The position numbers were made by a program, and so were the translations under genes. DNA of 64,000 nucleotides, taken from the NCBI GenBank assembly GCA_051362555.1, contig CM120645.1, positions 13,082,001-13,146,000 on the forward strand, given 5' to 3'. Source of the stretch: Lingula anatina (taxonomy: Eukaryota > Animalia > Brachiopoda). Positions 12,749-24,824 of this stretch are shown here, in pieces. The stretch's first letter is position 1, and the number at the start of each line of letters is the position of its first letter. Below the pieces are notes generated by a model. That model did not search any database, had not been told where the DNA came from, and saw only the letters and a list, made by a program, of their open reading frames with translations.

Positions 12749-14504
12749 CCGGTGTCATGTACCAGAAGGTCCCCCATGACAGAAAGTCCGGGACCCGTTA
12801 TTTCAGAAACCAGGACCCCTGGTTTCTGAAATAAAGGGTCCCGGACTCTGTATCATGTTAATTGGATATAATATACAGGGTCCCCCGGACCCTGCATTTA
12901 ACCGGACCCTACGTTTCATGACAGCTATTACGAAACACAGAGTCCGCCCGTCATACAGAAGAACTGGATATAAAAGCTAGGGTCCTACTGTAGAACAGTA
13001 GATATTTAATAAAATCTGGGTATAATATATTTATAATAAAGCAAACCCTTGATGCAAGTAAATATAATATAAGAAAACGGGGGTGGTTTGCACAACGACC
13101 TGCTGGTGTAGTGGACAGCGACACGGGTTATGAGTATCCAATGACAGGAAAGTATGAAGTAATTTAACAATATGTTGGTTCGAGTCCAACACTGGAGATG
13201 ACTTTATAACGCCTCTATTTTCACTCTTTTGTTTTAAATCTATAGTTAAATATTCAACTTACTGTCCATTTATTGTGTTTAATTCCGCAATAAAATCTGT
13301 TATACTAACTTTTGATTACACTTCATACCTTTTTTTAATTAAACGTCACACATATCCCATTGCATTGTGATGCTTAAGACTATATATACACGTGACTTAT
13401 TTGAATACCACTCGTCCATGTGTGTAAGCTAGTGGTACACAATGAATCGATGCTAAACTGTGCAAAACGTTTCTTTTCTCTAGACTATATGCGTATTTTA
13501 GGCTACAATGACTACCACTCATAAATGTGTGACAGCTTGCGTTATACAGTGCATCAATGCCAAATTGTGCAAAATATGTATTTTCTGGAAACTGACGACA
13601 TTAATTAGTTATTAAATATACATGCTTATGGAGTGTAATTGAAAATGTACTCTTTTAATTTTGTTTAACAATTTATATAAAGTTTTAATTTAAGTTGCAT
13701 ACCCTAAATTAAAATGAAATCAACCCAAAAGGAATGTATTCCATGTTTCTCAATAACATTAGAAATCTTAATTAAAGTGTTTTCCATTGTGTATTATATG
13801 GACAACAATAAAGCAAGATTGTATCAACAAGAAAGGATTTGATATCTACATGTACTTTAAAAAATATTTATTTTGTGAAACGATGGATTATATTTTTCTC
13901 ATTTTAGACGAAGCACTGGCACAGATGTTTTATTAAGTTTGCATGATGATGGAAATGCGGGTGACAACGGACAATGAGGAGAAAAAACAATTACTATACT
14001 GATTAATAAAATAAACTTGTTTTTGTAAAATCAGGAAGTTCACCAAAGGCACTTATGTATTCTGAATAAATTTATATTTCTTAAGTTATGTTCTTTCTCA
14101 ATTGCATACAAAAGATAATCCTGCAAATTAAAGTTTATGAAATGCGAACAATGCACGTTTATACTACTCGTTACACTTTAACAGAGGTTAATAATGTTTT
14201 TTTTACCTTTAATTCTTATAATTATTACCTCCATATCAGTTAACATCATGTTCAATTTCATTTTTAAATTGCAAGTTTTAAGTGTGAGATTTCATTATTG
14301 CTCTTCAATGCGGACTTTCGGTATTAAAACGTAGGGTCCTAGGACTTTCCGTACTGAAATAGAGTGTCTAGGGGGACTCTACATTTCAGAACATAGAGTC
14401 CGGGACCCGTTATTTCGAGACAGGGAGTCCGCCGGACTCTCAGTTTTAAAACACCGGGTCCGCCGGACCCTAGAATGGCAGGACTCTGTGTTGCTTGACA
14501 CCTG
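12749..14504. mobile_element. Non-autonomous DNA transposon with TA target duplication and GGACCC/GGGTCC subterminal repeats
   Basis: TA|ccggtgtca ... tgacacctg|TA, with dense ggaccc/gggtcc/gagtcc motifs at both ends. The left ~140 bp is duplicated again immediately after the right end (about 14503-14645). Confidence 0.72.
13098..13197 (+). pseudogene. tRNA-derived sequence (pseudo-tRNA or SINE head) with Pol III A and B boxes
   Basis: A-box TGGTGTAGTGG at 13104-13114. B-box GGTTCGAGTCC sits inside a perfect T-arm, tgttgg-ttcgagt-ccaaca (13173-13191). The anticodon arm and acceptor stem are not intact. Confidence 0.6.
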
Positions 14505-14646
14505 TACCAGAAGGTCCCCCATGTATGACAGAAAATCCGGGACCCGTTATTTCAGAAACCAAGGGTCCGTAGGACCCCTGGTTTCTGAAATAAAGGGTCC
14601 CGGACTCTGTATCATGGTAATTGGATATAATATACAGGGTCCCCCA

Positions 14647-15096
14647 GAAAGATTATGTAAACTTGGGCTACCAGCACTTTGATATAGGAGGGTGAGAGGG
14701 GACATGATTGAGATGTACAAACTAGTCACTGGGAGATAGGACGAATCAACTAGAGACTTTATCAAATTATGGTCCAGTCATTCACATAGGTCTGGTAATA
14801 GAGGAAATTGTTTCAAGCTATTCCCTCAAAGAGCCAAATTAGACTTGAGAAAATACAGCTTCACTGTGCGTACAACACAAATATGGAATAGCCTACCCGA
14901 TCAAGTTGTCAGGGCAAAAAGCCTTAACTCTTTTAAGAACAGATTAGACAAGTGGTGGGATGACCAGGAACTCAAATATGACAATTATAGGTCCGAAATC
15001 AACATCATCGGAAGTCACAAGTTAGTTTTGGAGGAAAAGTCAGATAAAGAGGATCCAGTAGGAACCTGAATCGGAAATCAACGCTAATCTAATCTA
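14647..15096 (+). mobile_element. CR1-type LINE, 5'-truncated 3' end of ORF2
   Basis: Translation ERLCKLGLPAL*YRRVRGDMIEMYK...RGNCFKL...RKYSFTVRTTQIWNSLPDQVVRAKSLNSFKNRLDKWW matches the CR1 ORF2 C-terminus, with in-frame stops. It ends in a (CTAAT)n tail. Confidence 0.9.
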
Positions 15097-16509
15097 AAAA
15101 TAATTTGGTTTGTGTGAAAATTATAAGAAATAATATATCTTTCATAAAATTACCAAAATTAAGGATCCCAAGTTCCGCGCTTTCAAGTTATCAGTTTGGT
15201 AAATTTGACACCACCTTTAGCGTCTTCCAAGCATGACTCATTGGTGATTCGAGAGTTCGAAGTCCTTTTCTTAGATCAATGATTTCCAGAAACAATTTGA
15301 GTCTTTCATGAATTCAGATAATGCTATAAAGAATTGCCAAAAATGAAAGGACAGAAAAAATGATTAAAATACTACTTTAAATAATTAATCAGACTGATAT
15401 TAATCATTCACTAGCTGATACCCATCACATCAATCATTGAAGCATAATAAGGATTAGTATTCACGATTTATAGAATCTCTTTATATGCTATATTCTGTGT
15501 GAAATTGTGAAAGTTTTATTTCTGTGTGAAAGTCTTTTTTTTTCAAACTTATATTAATATAAATTGAAAAAATGATTTAAAAGAAAGCAGAAGAAAAATG
15601 CAAATACTCATTTTTGTTAAATAACCGTTCTTAACAATTGAAACATCCCCGTCCTTCAGTTGGAAAAGCTCAGCGTGTAAAATAAATTCGAACAGCAGCG
15701 TCTTACAACATTCGAAACAAAAAGTCCTTTAACAAGGAAAAGTTAGGATTTCCTTTATTAATCTACCCTGTCATGAATTTCTTCTGTTGCGTTTCTGTTA
15801 ATACTGTAGTCAACACATCACTAGGAAATGACGTTTAATACTTATTATGACGAAACTATATTCAACATGGACGTTGTATTATGGCGTCATAAGTAACGTA
15901 CCAATCTACATCGATAATAACGATGATATTTAACACGCCTTTTTTCCTAATCCAAGCAAAATAATTAACTTTTAATGTGCAAATTTTCTTCTTGTGTATA
16001 TTAAACAGTTATGAACCCAACGGCTCGAGCATTCATAAAGAAATTCTACCCCGTTGACTAACGTACCACAACGAGTTGAAATATACATAATTTTCTGGTG
16101 ATGAATGTCAAAATTTGCGAAATAGATAGCCCATTTGTTGCAGTAAATTGATAAAAGGATTTGACCCAACTGACAAAAGGATTTGCACCGTAAGTGAGAA
16201 TTATTCCCCAGACCAGCGAGCCGCTTACATAGACAACCAACCTTTAATTGCTTCGAATTTGTAGAATGTGATCAGTCTGTAAAGTAAACTCATACCATGA
16301 CCATTAGCACGCATTATGGGCATTCACAGAGGTGGACAATTAAAAGTTGCCTATCACATAATCAACACGCTACAGCGCCAATTGGGGGGGGGGTGACGTT
16401 TTTGGATTTGGGATTTTCTCTATAACCAGGACCAGCTATTCAAGTGATTCAAAAGTCCTCATAAAACTGGTTGTAAGCACTTCGATCAGGTGCCAGGGAA
16501 TTGTCTTAA

Positions 16510-17645
16510 TTGTCTTAATTTCAAGAGAGGAACATTGGTGTGATTTTTTTCAGCAATCAAAGGGGAGTCAAGACCCCACTGACGCACCCCCTAAATCCAC
16601 AGCCGCTTTGTATTCTACTGATAACTTTAAATTTTCAAGCTTATTTTAAAAGGGCCAATAAAAATCGTCTGACATTCCAAGCACCTGAAGGTCTGCAAAA
16701 TAATATCATTGGGGCACCATAGGATTCTAAATACTGCGCACGTGCGGAAATGCGCTGTTTGAAATAAATTTGTGAAATGCACAAAGCCTGCCGGTGTTTA
16801 CTCTGGTTGATTTAATTTAATTTGCTTACTGAGAAATTATATTAGAAATATTTTGCTGATTGTATGTATTTTAAAAAAATCCATCGAACTTTCATTAGAA
16901 TAACATTCATTTTGCCTTTGTTGCGAGGGGATTTCCTTTGTATTTAATAGTGTTATATGTGGCCCCAAGGGATTTTCCATCCCTCCCCCACTCTTGAAAT
17001 AAAATGCTCCATGTGACAGATCGAAAATGATATTGCAAAATGTACTTAAATTGGAGGAAGTTTAATTGCAGATAATGATGCAAGGATCGATATTCTTATG
17101 TGAGACCGAAATTGACCAATATAAAATTTCTAACTTCGTCTTCCGTGTTGGGAGCGCCAGCGTTAATTTTTTGAAAGCGAGACAATAATACCAAACACTA
17201 CCATAAAATTTGTAATCTCGTAAGAGTTGATATATTTAATGAAGATCATAGCATGGCATACACCAAAAGACATCTGGATAATAATTGGAATCTTCAATAA
17301 TAACAAATATATAATATACGATATAATAAGTTCTTATGCAAAGTCTTTTATTAGTTTCATGGATATTTTGTAGGATTTGGAGGCTAAAAGCCCCAGCATT
17401 GTCTGGTTCTCACACGGCACGGGTTTTTTCGAATGCTAAATTTGGCGTTCTCTAAAAACCCAAGACCTCACTTTGACGTCATTTTTCCGACAGAGCTGCG
17501 CTCCGTATGCAGTGCTACGTCCATAAGGCTATAAAACGAGTAACCATAAGACACCACTACATTGAACAGGAGGGCCAGACACTTCCCAAACAGTAAGTGG
17601 TGACTTGTCGGATTTCAGTAGTAAGTTAACTTGAGTTTCAGAATA
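16510..17645 (+). repeat. ~1.2-kb segmental duplication, copy 2
   Basis: Colinear with 10950-12320. Confidence 0.9.
17530..17598 (+). promoter_or_regulatory. Putative core promoter plus short non-coding first exon
   Basis: TATAAAA at 17530, an initiator-like CATTG with its A at 17561 (31 nt later), and a GTAAGT donor at 17593. Paralogous modules start at 3439, 5699 and 12161. Confidence 0.5.
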
Positions 17646-18481
17646 TATATAGCTACAGGAATTTGGATCGTCGGGATTTGGAGGCCTGTCAGAAAAAGTC
17701 CCTGTATCCACCCCCGCGTGAACTGAATGGGGGATTTTAGATTGGTTGTATGCGAAGAATGCCCCATAAAAATTAACTTTAAACAAATCTACGTTAACAA
17801 ATTTTTAGTTTTTAAACATGTTTTTAAACTTTTATTAACAATTGGAGCAATGCCAATCCTTGCTAAACAACCCAGAAAGATGACTAATTACATACCCTAT
17901 ATATACAATGATTGAGGTAAACACAACATCACTTAGCACCAGACAATATGTCGCTTACTGTAAAAACTAAAATTCTTAACTGCAACCTGAATACCAATTG
18001 AAAATCAATCACTTGTTATAATATGTCTTTGTGGGAAGTCAGAGCTACTGACATGTTTGGGCGTTTTATTTTTATGACAACATTCAAACTATGACGCATA
18101 AAAAAATAAAGCCCGGATGAGGTCACGGCCCCTGTTTCATAGCCACTGTTTACTCATAATGCCAGTTTGTAGTGATTGGTTGATTGCCAATTGGTATTTG
18201 GATAGAAAATACCGACTTGTAAATTGGCGTTTACATTGCCTGCGGGTTTCGTGTCATTTCTCCTACAGGACCTTGAGGTCAGGTCGTGAAAGATCGGTTT
18301 GTCGGTTGAAAAGCGATCATATACAGAGTCCTTTCAGCCACTGTGCAGTTGATGCACAGTGTCCGTGCGGCTTTATTGTTGTTTGATACGTTGTAGGTGC
18401 AGCCCCCATGCATATTTGACCACTTACTTCGAAAGATGCACATCTTCAAGCTAAAAAAATTAAGACTTTTTACTAATATTA

Positions 18482-18765
18482 CCCGCAAGAAAATGCAGTA
18501 GTATCGAAGTAGCAAAGAAGCATTAACGCAGTAGTGGTGTGGAGCATATTTGCAGTAGAAATGCAGTATAGCCTACTGCAATTCTACTCCAAAAATTACA
18601 TAGGGTTGTACAGAGAAGGAGCATTAATACAGTAGATTAGCAGCATGATAGAAGCATGTTTCAAATATGCTAATTAGCTCCCACATCGAAGCAGATTTGA
18701 AGCATGTTTGCAGTATGATTGCAGTAGTCTACTGCGCTGGAGCATCTACTTCGTTTTCGTGCGGG
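18482..18765. mobile_element. MITE with TA target duplication
   Basis: TA|cccgcaagaaaa ... ttttcgtgcggg|TA, with internal gcagta/gaagca repeats. Confidence 0.7.
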
Positions 18766-18889
18766 TACGCTTCCTAAAACCATCAAAGGCGAAATTGGAA
18801 ATACAGCTCAAATAACAGCATGAGGAATAACATGAGGATAAGCGCGCAAATACGGTGCAAATCGGTCTACGAGAACCCGTAACCCGTTT

Positions 18890-19116
18890 TGCCCCTATTT
18901 CACACAGACCACGAATCCCACGAATCGCCAGGAATTGACAAATCTAATGGTTGAATCGTAATCAGTTCGTGAAGTTCTTAACAGGTTCGTATATATTCGT
19001 AGACAGTTCTTGCAATTCTTGATCAATCACGAACTGATTACGATTCAACCACGAATCCTGAAATTTGTAAATTCCTGGCGATTAGTGGAATTCGTGGTCT
19101 GTGTGAAATAGGGGCA
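18890..19116. mobile_element. Foldback MITE
   Basis: ~55-bp inverted arms: tgcccctatttcacacagaccacgaat...cgccaggaatt / aattcctggcg...attcgtggtctgtgtgaaataggggca. Confidence 0.8.
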
Positions 19117-19620
19117 TTTACATTTGTCATGCGATGCCCGTACGCTGCTCGTACAGTAACACTGCCCGTATATAAATCCCTTTTCGTGCGGTGTCTGTTC
19201 GCATACTGACGGTGACCATGCAAAATCGTACGAAGTCGTACGGATTCACGGCTTCCGTAGCCTCTACGATTTTGTCAAGCCTAAACTTTTGACATACTTT
19301 AAATCGTAAGCCCTCAGACCGCAGTACTATGCACAGGCATTGTTCGATTGACTTGCGGAGACTGTAATAATGGTTGAACCTGTTGTTGGTCTCTTTCATT
19401 TCCTTATTTTGGTTGTTAATGAGGCATAAGAATAGTTAAGATGCTTAAATGTTTGGTAATCAAAGAGCTGTACATCTCTTTGGTGTAATTTATTTGCAGA
19501 AATGTGAAATTGATTTACTTAATCCGAACACGAGGTTGAAAAAATCGTAGGGGGCTGCACCGACAGCCTGTCAATCTTCAATGAAGCTGCACAAAAGGCG
19601 TGCGACCGCTGCACTGAGAT
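19117..19620. mobile_element. Degenerate relative of the 23405-23857 MITE family
   Basis: tacatttgtcatgcga...cgtacggattcacggc...cctctacgattttgtcaa...tttaaatc resembles the reverse complement of about 23700-23850. The right boundary is approximate. Confidence 0.55.
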
Positions 19621-20776
19621 TGAAAGGACGATAATTTTTCAAACGAAATACGATTTTCCACAAGTGACCTCGAAGTAATGTTGGAGAAATGGGACGGGTC
19701 TATTTTTTCCATAACGTTATCATCATGATAACTACCATGTAACCACCTGATAACGTCATGAAAACGTTAATTGTTATCTGAGGTGCAAGTCCAGAGTGCA
19801 ACTCTGCTAAAAATGTTAAGCATTTTCCTCTGTGAGAAGCTTGAAAAGCTATACGTGTTTAGCTTTAACACATAGGCCTATTTCTAAATGCGTTTAGGTG
19901 CTAAACGTGTGTTGTATGTGTTTAAATGCTAAATACTTTTTTTACAGTGTACAGACTTAACATTTAATATGGATTATTTTCCAAATCAATTTTCGTCGAA
20001 TTTTTCGTATTTTTATGACTGAAAATGAAATTACTCAGTAGGGCAAGGACTTGCGAAATATAATGAAATAATATAACCATGAAATCAGGGAACTAGCAAT
20101 ATTTAGGGGGGTTACGTGGATGGAGAGTCCCCCATGCCCATAGACATGAAAGTAATTGTGTTTTGGCACATGTCTGTAAACATTCATTCATTGTCTTTAA
20201 CTACATAGCTAGGGATATCATGATTTGTACTACAAATCCTAGATGTCATATTTTTCTACAGTTTTTCTAAGCAGATTCCTGAGTGGTCATTAATGGTAGT
20301 TTTTGAGGCATTCACGTAGCCTCCATTAATTTTTTTTTTTTACTGATAAACAATGAAGGTTATTCTTATGAAAATCAAACAAATTCATCCTTGGCACAAA
20401 TATAATTCTATATCTACAAACATTTCTAAAACTTTGGCCTTTACCACAAACAAACTCAAATGAACAAAAGCACAAACCAGCAGAGATATAGACCTGTGAA
20501 ACTTTTTCACAATTCACAAGGATTTCATACACCATGTTTTTACAACTTTTAATAATCTGTCCACTGACAATGTTTCATATGTTCGTTTAAAAAGTCCCAC
20601 GTGCCCCACTTGACTTTCTACAGTTAACTTGTAAGTCTTTTAAATGCTGTTTGGTTATTTTGACTAATCAATCAGTTTGTGATCGTCAATGCGCTACGTT
20701 TGTAAGCGATATCCAAATCTCTTGCCCAGGTTCACCCAGAAAATAAATATATTTTAGGTACCGCTACAAAATCAAC

Positions 20777-21736
20777 ATGGATAACTCACCCGAGTACATA
20801 GCCCAGGAAGGCGAAGACCCGATGCTTGCTCTTCAACAGCTTGTAAGGAGCTTGGAAAACCGTATAATCGCCACGGAAAATAAAAATGAACGGACAGAAG
20901 AAGCCTTGAAGGAGACAAATGAAAAGCTCAGAAAGTCAATAAAGGACCAGGATGAAATGCGAAGGAAATTGGACCAGACAGAAGAAAAACTCAAACGGTC
21001 AAAAGAAACCGAACATGAAGTGAGAACACATCTCAGAAACACAGAAGCAGACTTGAAAAAGATGAAAGAAGAATTAGAAGATTCAGAAAAAGCCCGGACT
21101 GCAATGAGAGAAGAAATCGGAAAGACAAGAGTAGACTTGGAGTCTGTGTATAAAAAGCTCGAAGCGACAGAACACGACTTGGAGTCTGTGTATAAAAAGT
21201 TCGAATCGACAGAACACAACTTGAGAAAAGAGAAAAAACGACATGCTGCATGTCGTATTATCTTTTCTCAAGAGAAACTGACCGCAAAAGAAATGGTAGA
21301 ATGCATTCGACAACTGGAAGATCCCAACAAAGTTGCAGCATGTTTGGCGACTGGGAGATGCGGGGAAGCTGAAGAGGCAACTCAATTAAAGGCCGTCTTT
21401 GAGCTCAACAGCGATGTCCCATTTGAGTCGCTTTGGTCTGCCTATGAGAAGCGCTATCTCTTCAAATACATAGTTGATAAAGTGAAAGACAATATGGATT
21501 TAATCTTTGTGCTGTGGGCTGGTGCTTTGGGGGTTTACTTTTTGTACAGTTATGGAAGTTTGTACCCAGCCTATTACATGGTCAAGTCCATGTGTCCAAA
21601 ATGTATTTCTTATATTATTAATTGCTGCCCATTCGCAATGAAGCCTGTTGTTTTTGATACTGCTTGTAAGATTGCTTATGGGGCGGCTTGTTTCAAGACT
21701 TACTTTCGTTTACGGGGTCCACCCTTGGACGAATAA
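20777..21736 (+). CDS. Uncharacterised 319-aa coiled-coil protein with C-terminal hydrophobic (TM-like) segment
   Basis: A 960-nt open frame in AT-rich DNA with start context aaaatcaacATGG. The region at about aa 15-155 is E/K-rich with heptad periodicity and includes a 42-bp internal duplication (DLESVYKK x2). It has the hydrophobic stretch LIFVLWAGALGVYFLYSYG and a Cys-rich tail. Candidate splice acceptors lie just upstream (20729, 20757). Confidence 0.72.
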   Translation: MDNSPEYIAQEGEDPMLALQQLVRSLENRIIATENKNERTEEALKETNEKLRKSIKDQDEMRRKLDQTEEKLKRSKETEHEVRTHLRNTEADLKKMKEELEDSEKARTAMREEIGKTRVDLESVYKKLEATEHDLESVYKKFESTEHNLRKEKKRHAACRIIFSQEKLTAKEMVECIRQLEDPNKVAACLATGRCGEAEEATQLKAVFELNSDVPFESLWSAYEKRYLFKYIVDKVKDNMDLIFVLWAGALGVYFLYSYGSLYPAYYMVKSMCPKCISYIINCCPFAMKPVVFDTACKIAYGAACFKTYFRLRGPPLDE

Positions 21737-22570
21737 GACGATTTTAGTCCAGTTGTCAGAAACACAGAATAGCATCGTATCCATCTATCATACAGTGTTG
21801 TGTCACCTTAGTAAAAACGCCATGTCTGCTCTGTAGTATATATGATCGCATACCGTTTAAAATGCTTGACCCTACCCACAATCGTTAAATTCTTTGGTTA
21901 AAACATTATCCACTAATTTTGAAAGTTCCCTCTTCATTTGGAACATACAAATAATGAATAAGTGTAATATAATGAATAAGTGTAATATAACTACATACTG
22001 GATGTTGCGTTTTAGCACCAGCCCATGGCAATGACAAAAAAATTAGGTTAGAGCCAAGACAGGGCTCCTGCCTTGATGGGAAATAGGAAGTTAATTTTTG
22101 CCCCATTCCATAAAACTTTTGTTCAATGAATGTTTAGTCCACAACCAGAGTTCAGGTAACTGTCTCAGTGTTTTTTGTGAAACTGGAGCCTGGTCCCAGT
22201 TTAAAAAAAGAATTAAGTCAGTTCCCAGGCTAAGTCGACTAGGATTTCTGTGAGAGTGCTTTTACACTGCTCCTGATAGGGTAAAATGTGCCCATGTGAC
22301 CTTTTAACCTAGGTAATTAAGTTCCTAGTGAGGGAACCTGAATAATTTTTTTCTTTCTTTTTTTTGTGTGTGTGAAACCAGGGCCTGGCGTTTTGCGACT
22401 TGCACTGTAGTTCCTAGCAGGTCGATCCCTGTATTGCACAAGTAGATATGATATATGCATGTATTATTATGTCATTAATATTTAGTATCATCTTATAAAT
22501 TTAAATGCAAGGTCTCATGACTTTATCATCAATTATAGTATTTGATGGCACAACTGATTTTTGATCGATA

Positions 22571-22804
22571 ACAGGAAAGGAACATTTTAAAACGGATGAC
22601 ACCGTCGTCTGACAGCGATGTTTTGCAACAGGAAAGGAAGATTATCAAACAAAAACAACAACTTTGGCTGAAAGCAATGATTGCAACAGGAAAGGAACTT
22701 TGCCAAGCAGATGACAACAACTGCGACTGGCAGTGATACTGTTATCACTATGTAGTTTTGTAGGCCTCAGCCATTATCACTATGTAGTTTTGTAGGCCTC
22801 AGCC
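22571..22804 (+). repeat. Degenerate 57/58-bp minisatellite plus 31-bp tandem duplication
   Basis: acaggaaaggaa at 22571, 22628 and 22686. ttatcactatgtagttttgtaggcctcagcca occurs twice at about 22742-22804. Confidence 0.7.
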
Positions 22805-23404
22805 AAAAGATCTAAATGTATCATATTTGATGAATTAACTGTTGCGATTGTATTAGAAGTTGCTATGTAGTTTTCGTATGAATTGAAAATCTATAACACA
22901 TACTATGATATTTCACTTATTTTAAGCTACATTAAGTTAAGATGTCTATTAATAGCTTTATAGGTCATGTACTTTGACTTTGGCTTTCTAATTAATTACT
23001 TGTATCTGGTCTTTTCTGAAACACAAAGATGTCCTGACCTGTAAGCCACGCATATTATGAGTGTTTTAACTAAGTATATAATATATATTATATATTACAG
23101 AGTTTTGCATTCTTGGGACAGGCAGTCGGTCCATTCAAGTAAAAATTAATATCAATTGCCTGTAATAGTACCCTAGTAAGTTTTGTGTAGAAATCATTTA
23201 TTAAACAATGGTTTGAGAGTGTATACTTGCTTTATATATACCACCAAGCGATCAGGTGAAAGTTCAATTTTTCCGAAGTGACAGATATAGTAGTCCTAAG
23301 AATGGAATCTCGGGGACCCGTATGATGATTGGCTAGGGCTAGTCGGACGAATCGTGGTCAGAATAAATGCCCAATTGGGACGAATGTCACCTGTACAAAA
23401 TTAA

Positions 23405-23857
23405 AGCTAAGATTACATTTGCCACGGACGCCGTTCGATGACACAATATACGATTTTCCGCACAATTTTTTACATCAGTTAGCTACGGGCTAGTGCCGTG
23501 CCATTTTGTAGACATGTAGAGAAAATCGGGTTTTCGGTTAAAAAGAGGTCTTACGGACACCTTTCAGACTCGGTGCAGTTAGATACCCTTTCCGGGCGGT
23601 TTCCTCAAAGGTCGATACGTTGTCGCTCAGCCATCTACGATTTTTAGTAACCATTATCACGATCATTGTCTTAACGAGAACCGTGCGATGCCAGCTAAGA
23701 TAATGTTTCGGCCTACTGGCTTTTGATTTAAAATAAATTGTTACTTTGATAAAATTGTAGAGGCCGTAAATCCATACGATTTCATACAATTTCGCACAGG
23801 ATTTTGGGGAGTCTACAGGCACCGTATGGACAATGCATGGCAAATGTAATCTAGGCT
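23405..23857. mobile_element. Harbinger/Tourist-like MITE (TAA target duplication)
   Basis: TIR agctaagattacatttgcca / tggcaaatgtaatctaggct, flanked by TAA on both sides. Confidence 0.82.
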
Positions 23858-24566
23858 TAAGTTATGGAAAACGGACTTCTGTCAAACAGGCATGCACCTT
23901 TGCACCTGCACAATGTGCACACATTTTATGTACTTAACAAGTAGGCTTTTTTATAGAGTATAGATTTGCATGTTTGATGATCACATTTTGTATAATTTTT
24001 TTCTGGTGGAAGTTAGCCTGTGTAGTATTGTTTTTAAAATCATGTTGAAAACAAATTAACTTTTTAGTATACACTAGTAACTCATGCTCATTATACCAAG
24101 TCTTGTGCCCTCAATATGACTGATGAAGTCCCTCGTGTTGCGATAAAAATTTTTACAGGTTTGCTCTCGAAAATTTTGTGTAGGAATAAAAAGTTAATTT
24201 TTTCAACATGATATTTAAGTTAATGTTTTTTCGCTTTGCTAGATGTGTTGCTTGAGAAAAAAATTGAGAGGATGACTACTGGTTTTCCAATATAGAAATG
24301 GGATCAGTATTCAACTGTCTACTATACATACAGTACAGACTGATTTCCTGTGCATTAAAACTGAAAATATCGATATCACTAGGTAAACTGGATAATACAG
24401 TCACTTTCAGTACTAAACTGTACAATGAATTAATACACGTAATGACTGTGGAGCTGCTGTAAAATAGTTCTTAATAAAGTCACCATCCTCTCAATGTCAC
24501 GTTATTATGTCATATTTGATTTGACTGTGACGTTCTGCAAACGTTATCAAGAAGCTGACGCGAATA

Positions 24567-24824
24567 GGGAAGACCGGGGCTAGTTGGACCCCGGGGTAAG
24601 TCCCCCCCCCCCCCCCCCCCATCAAGTCTTTTTTTTTAATTAAGTTACTTTAAGATGCTAATTTTTTCATTTGAACTCACTTCCGACGCTTTCTTAGCAC
24701 TATTGGATACGGTCACTTTACAGAATGATGAGATCAATTCTTTTACCCTCTGGTTACTTATTCATAAATTGATTGGGGGGGGGGGGGCAACTGACCCCGG
24801 GGTCCAACTAGCCCCGGTCTCCCC
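24567..24824. mobile_element. Pogo-like MITE (TA target duplication)
   Basis: TA|gggaagaccggggctagttggaccccgggg ... ccccggggtccaactagccccggtctcccc|TA. The TIR resembles that of 38699-40839. Confidence 0.85.

Noticed and set aside
13098-13197. Functional tRNA gene
   Set aside because: A and B boxes and the T-arm are present, but there is no convincing acceptor stem or anticodon arm.
20833-21385. Minus-strand Ser/Phe-rich ORFs
   Set aside because: Antisense shadows of the E/K-rich coiled-coil ORF.
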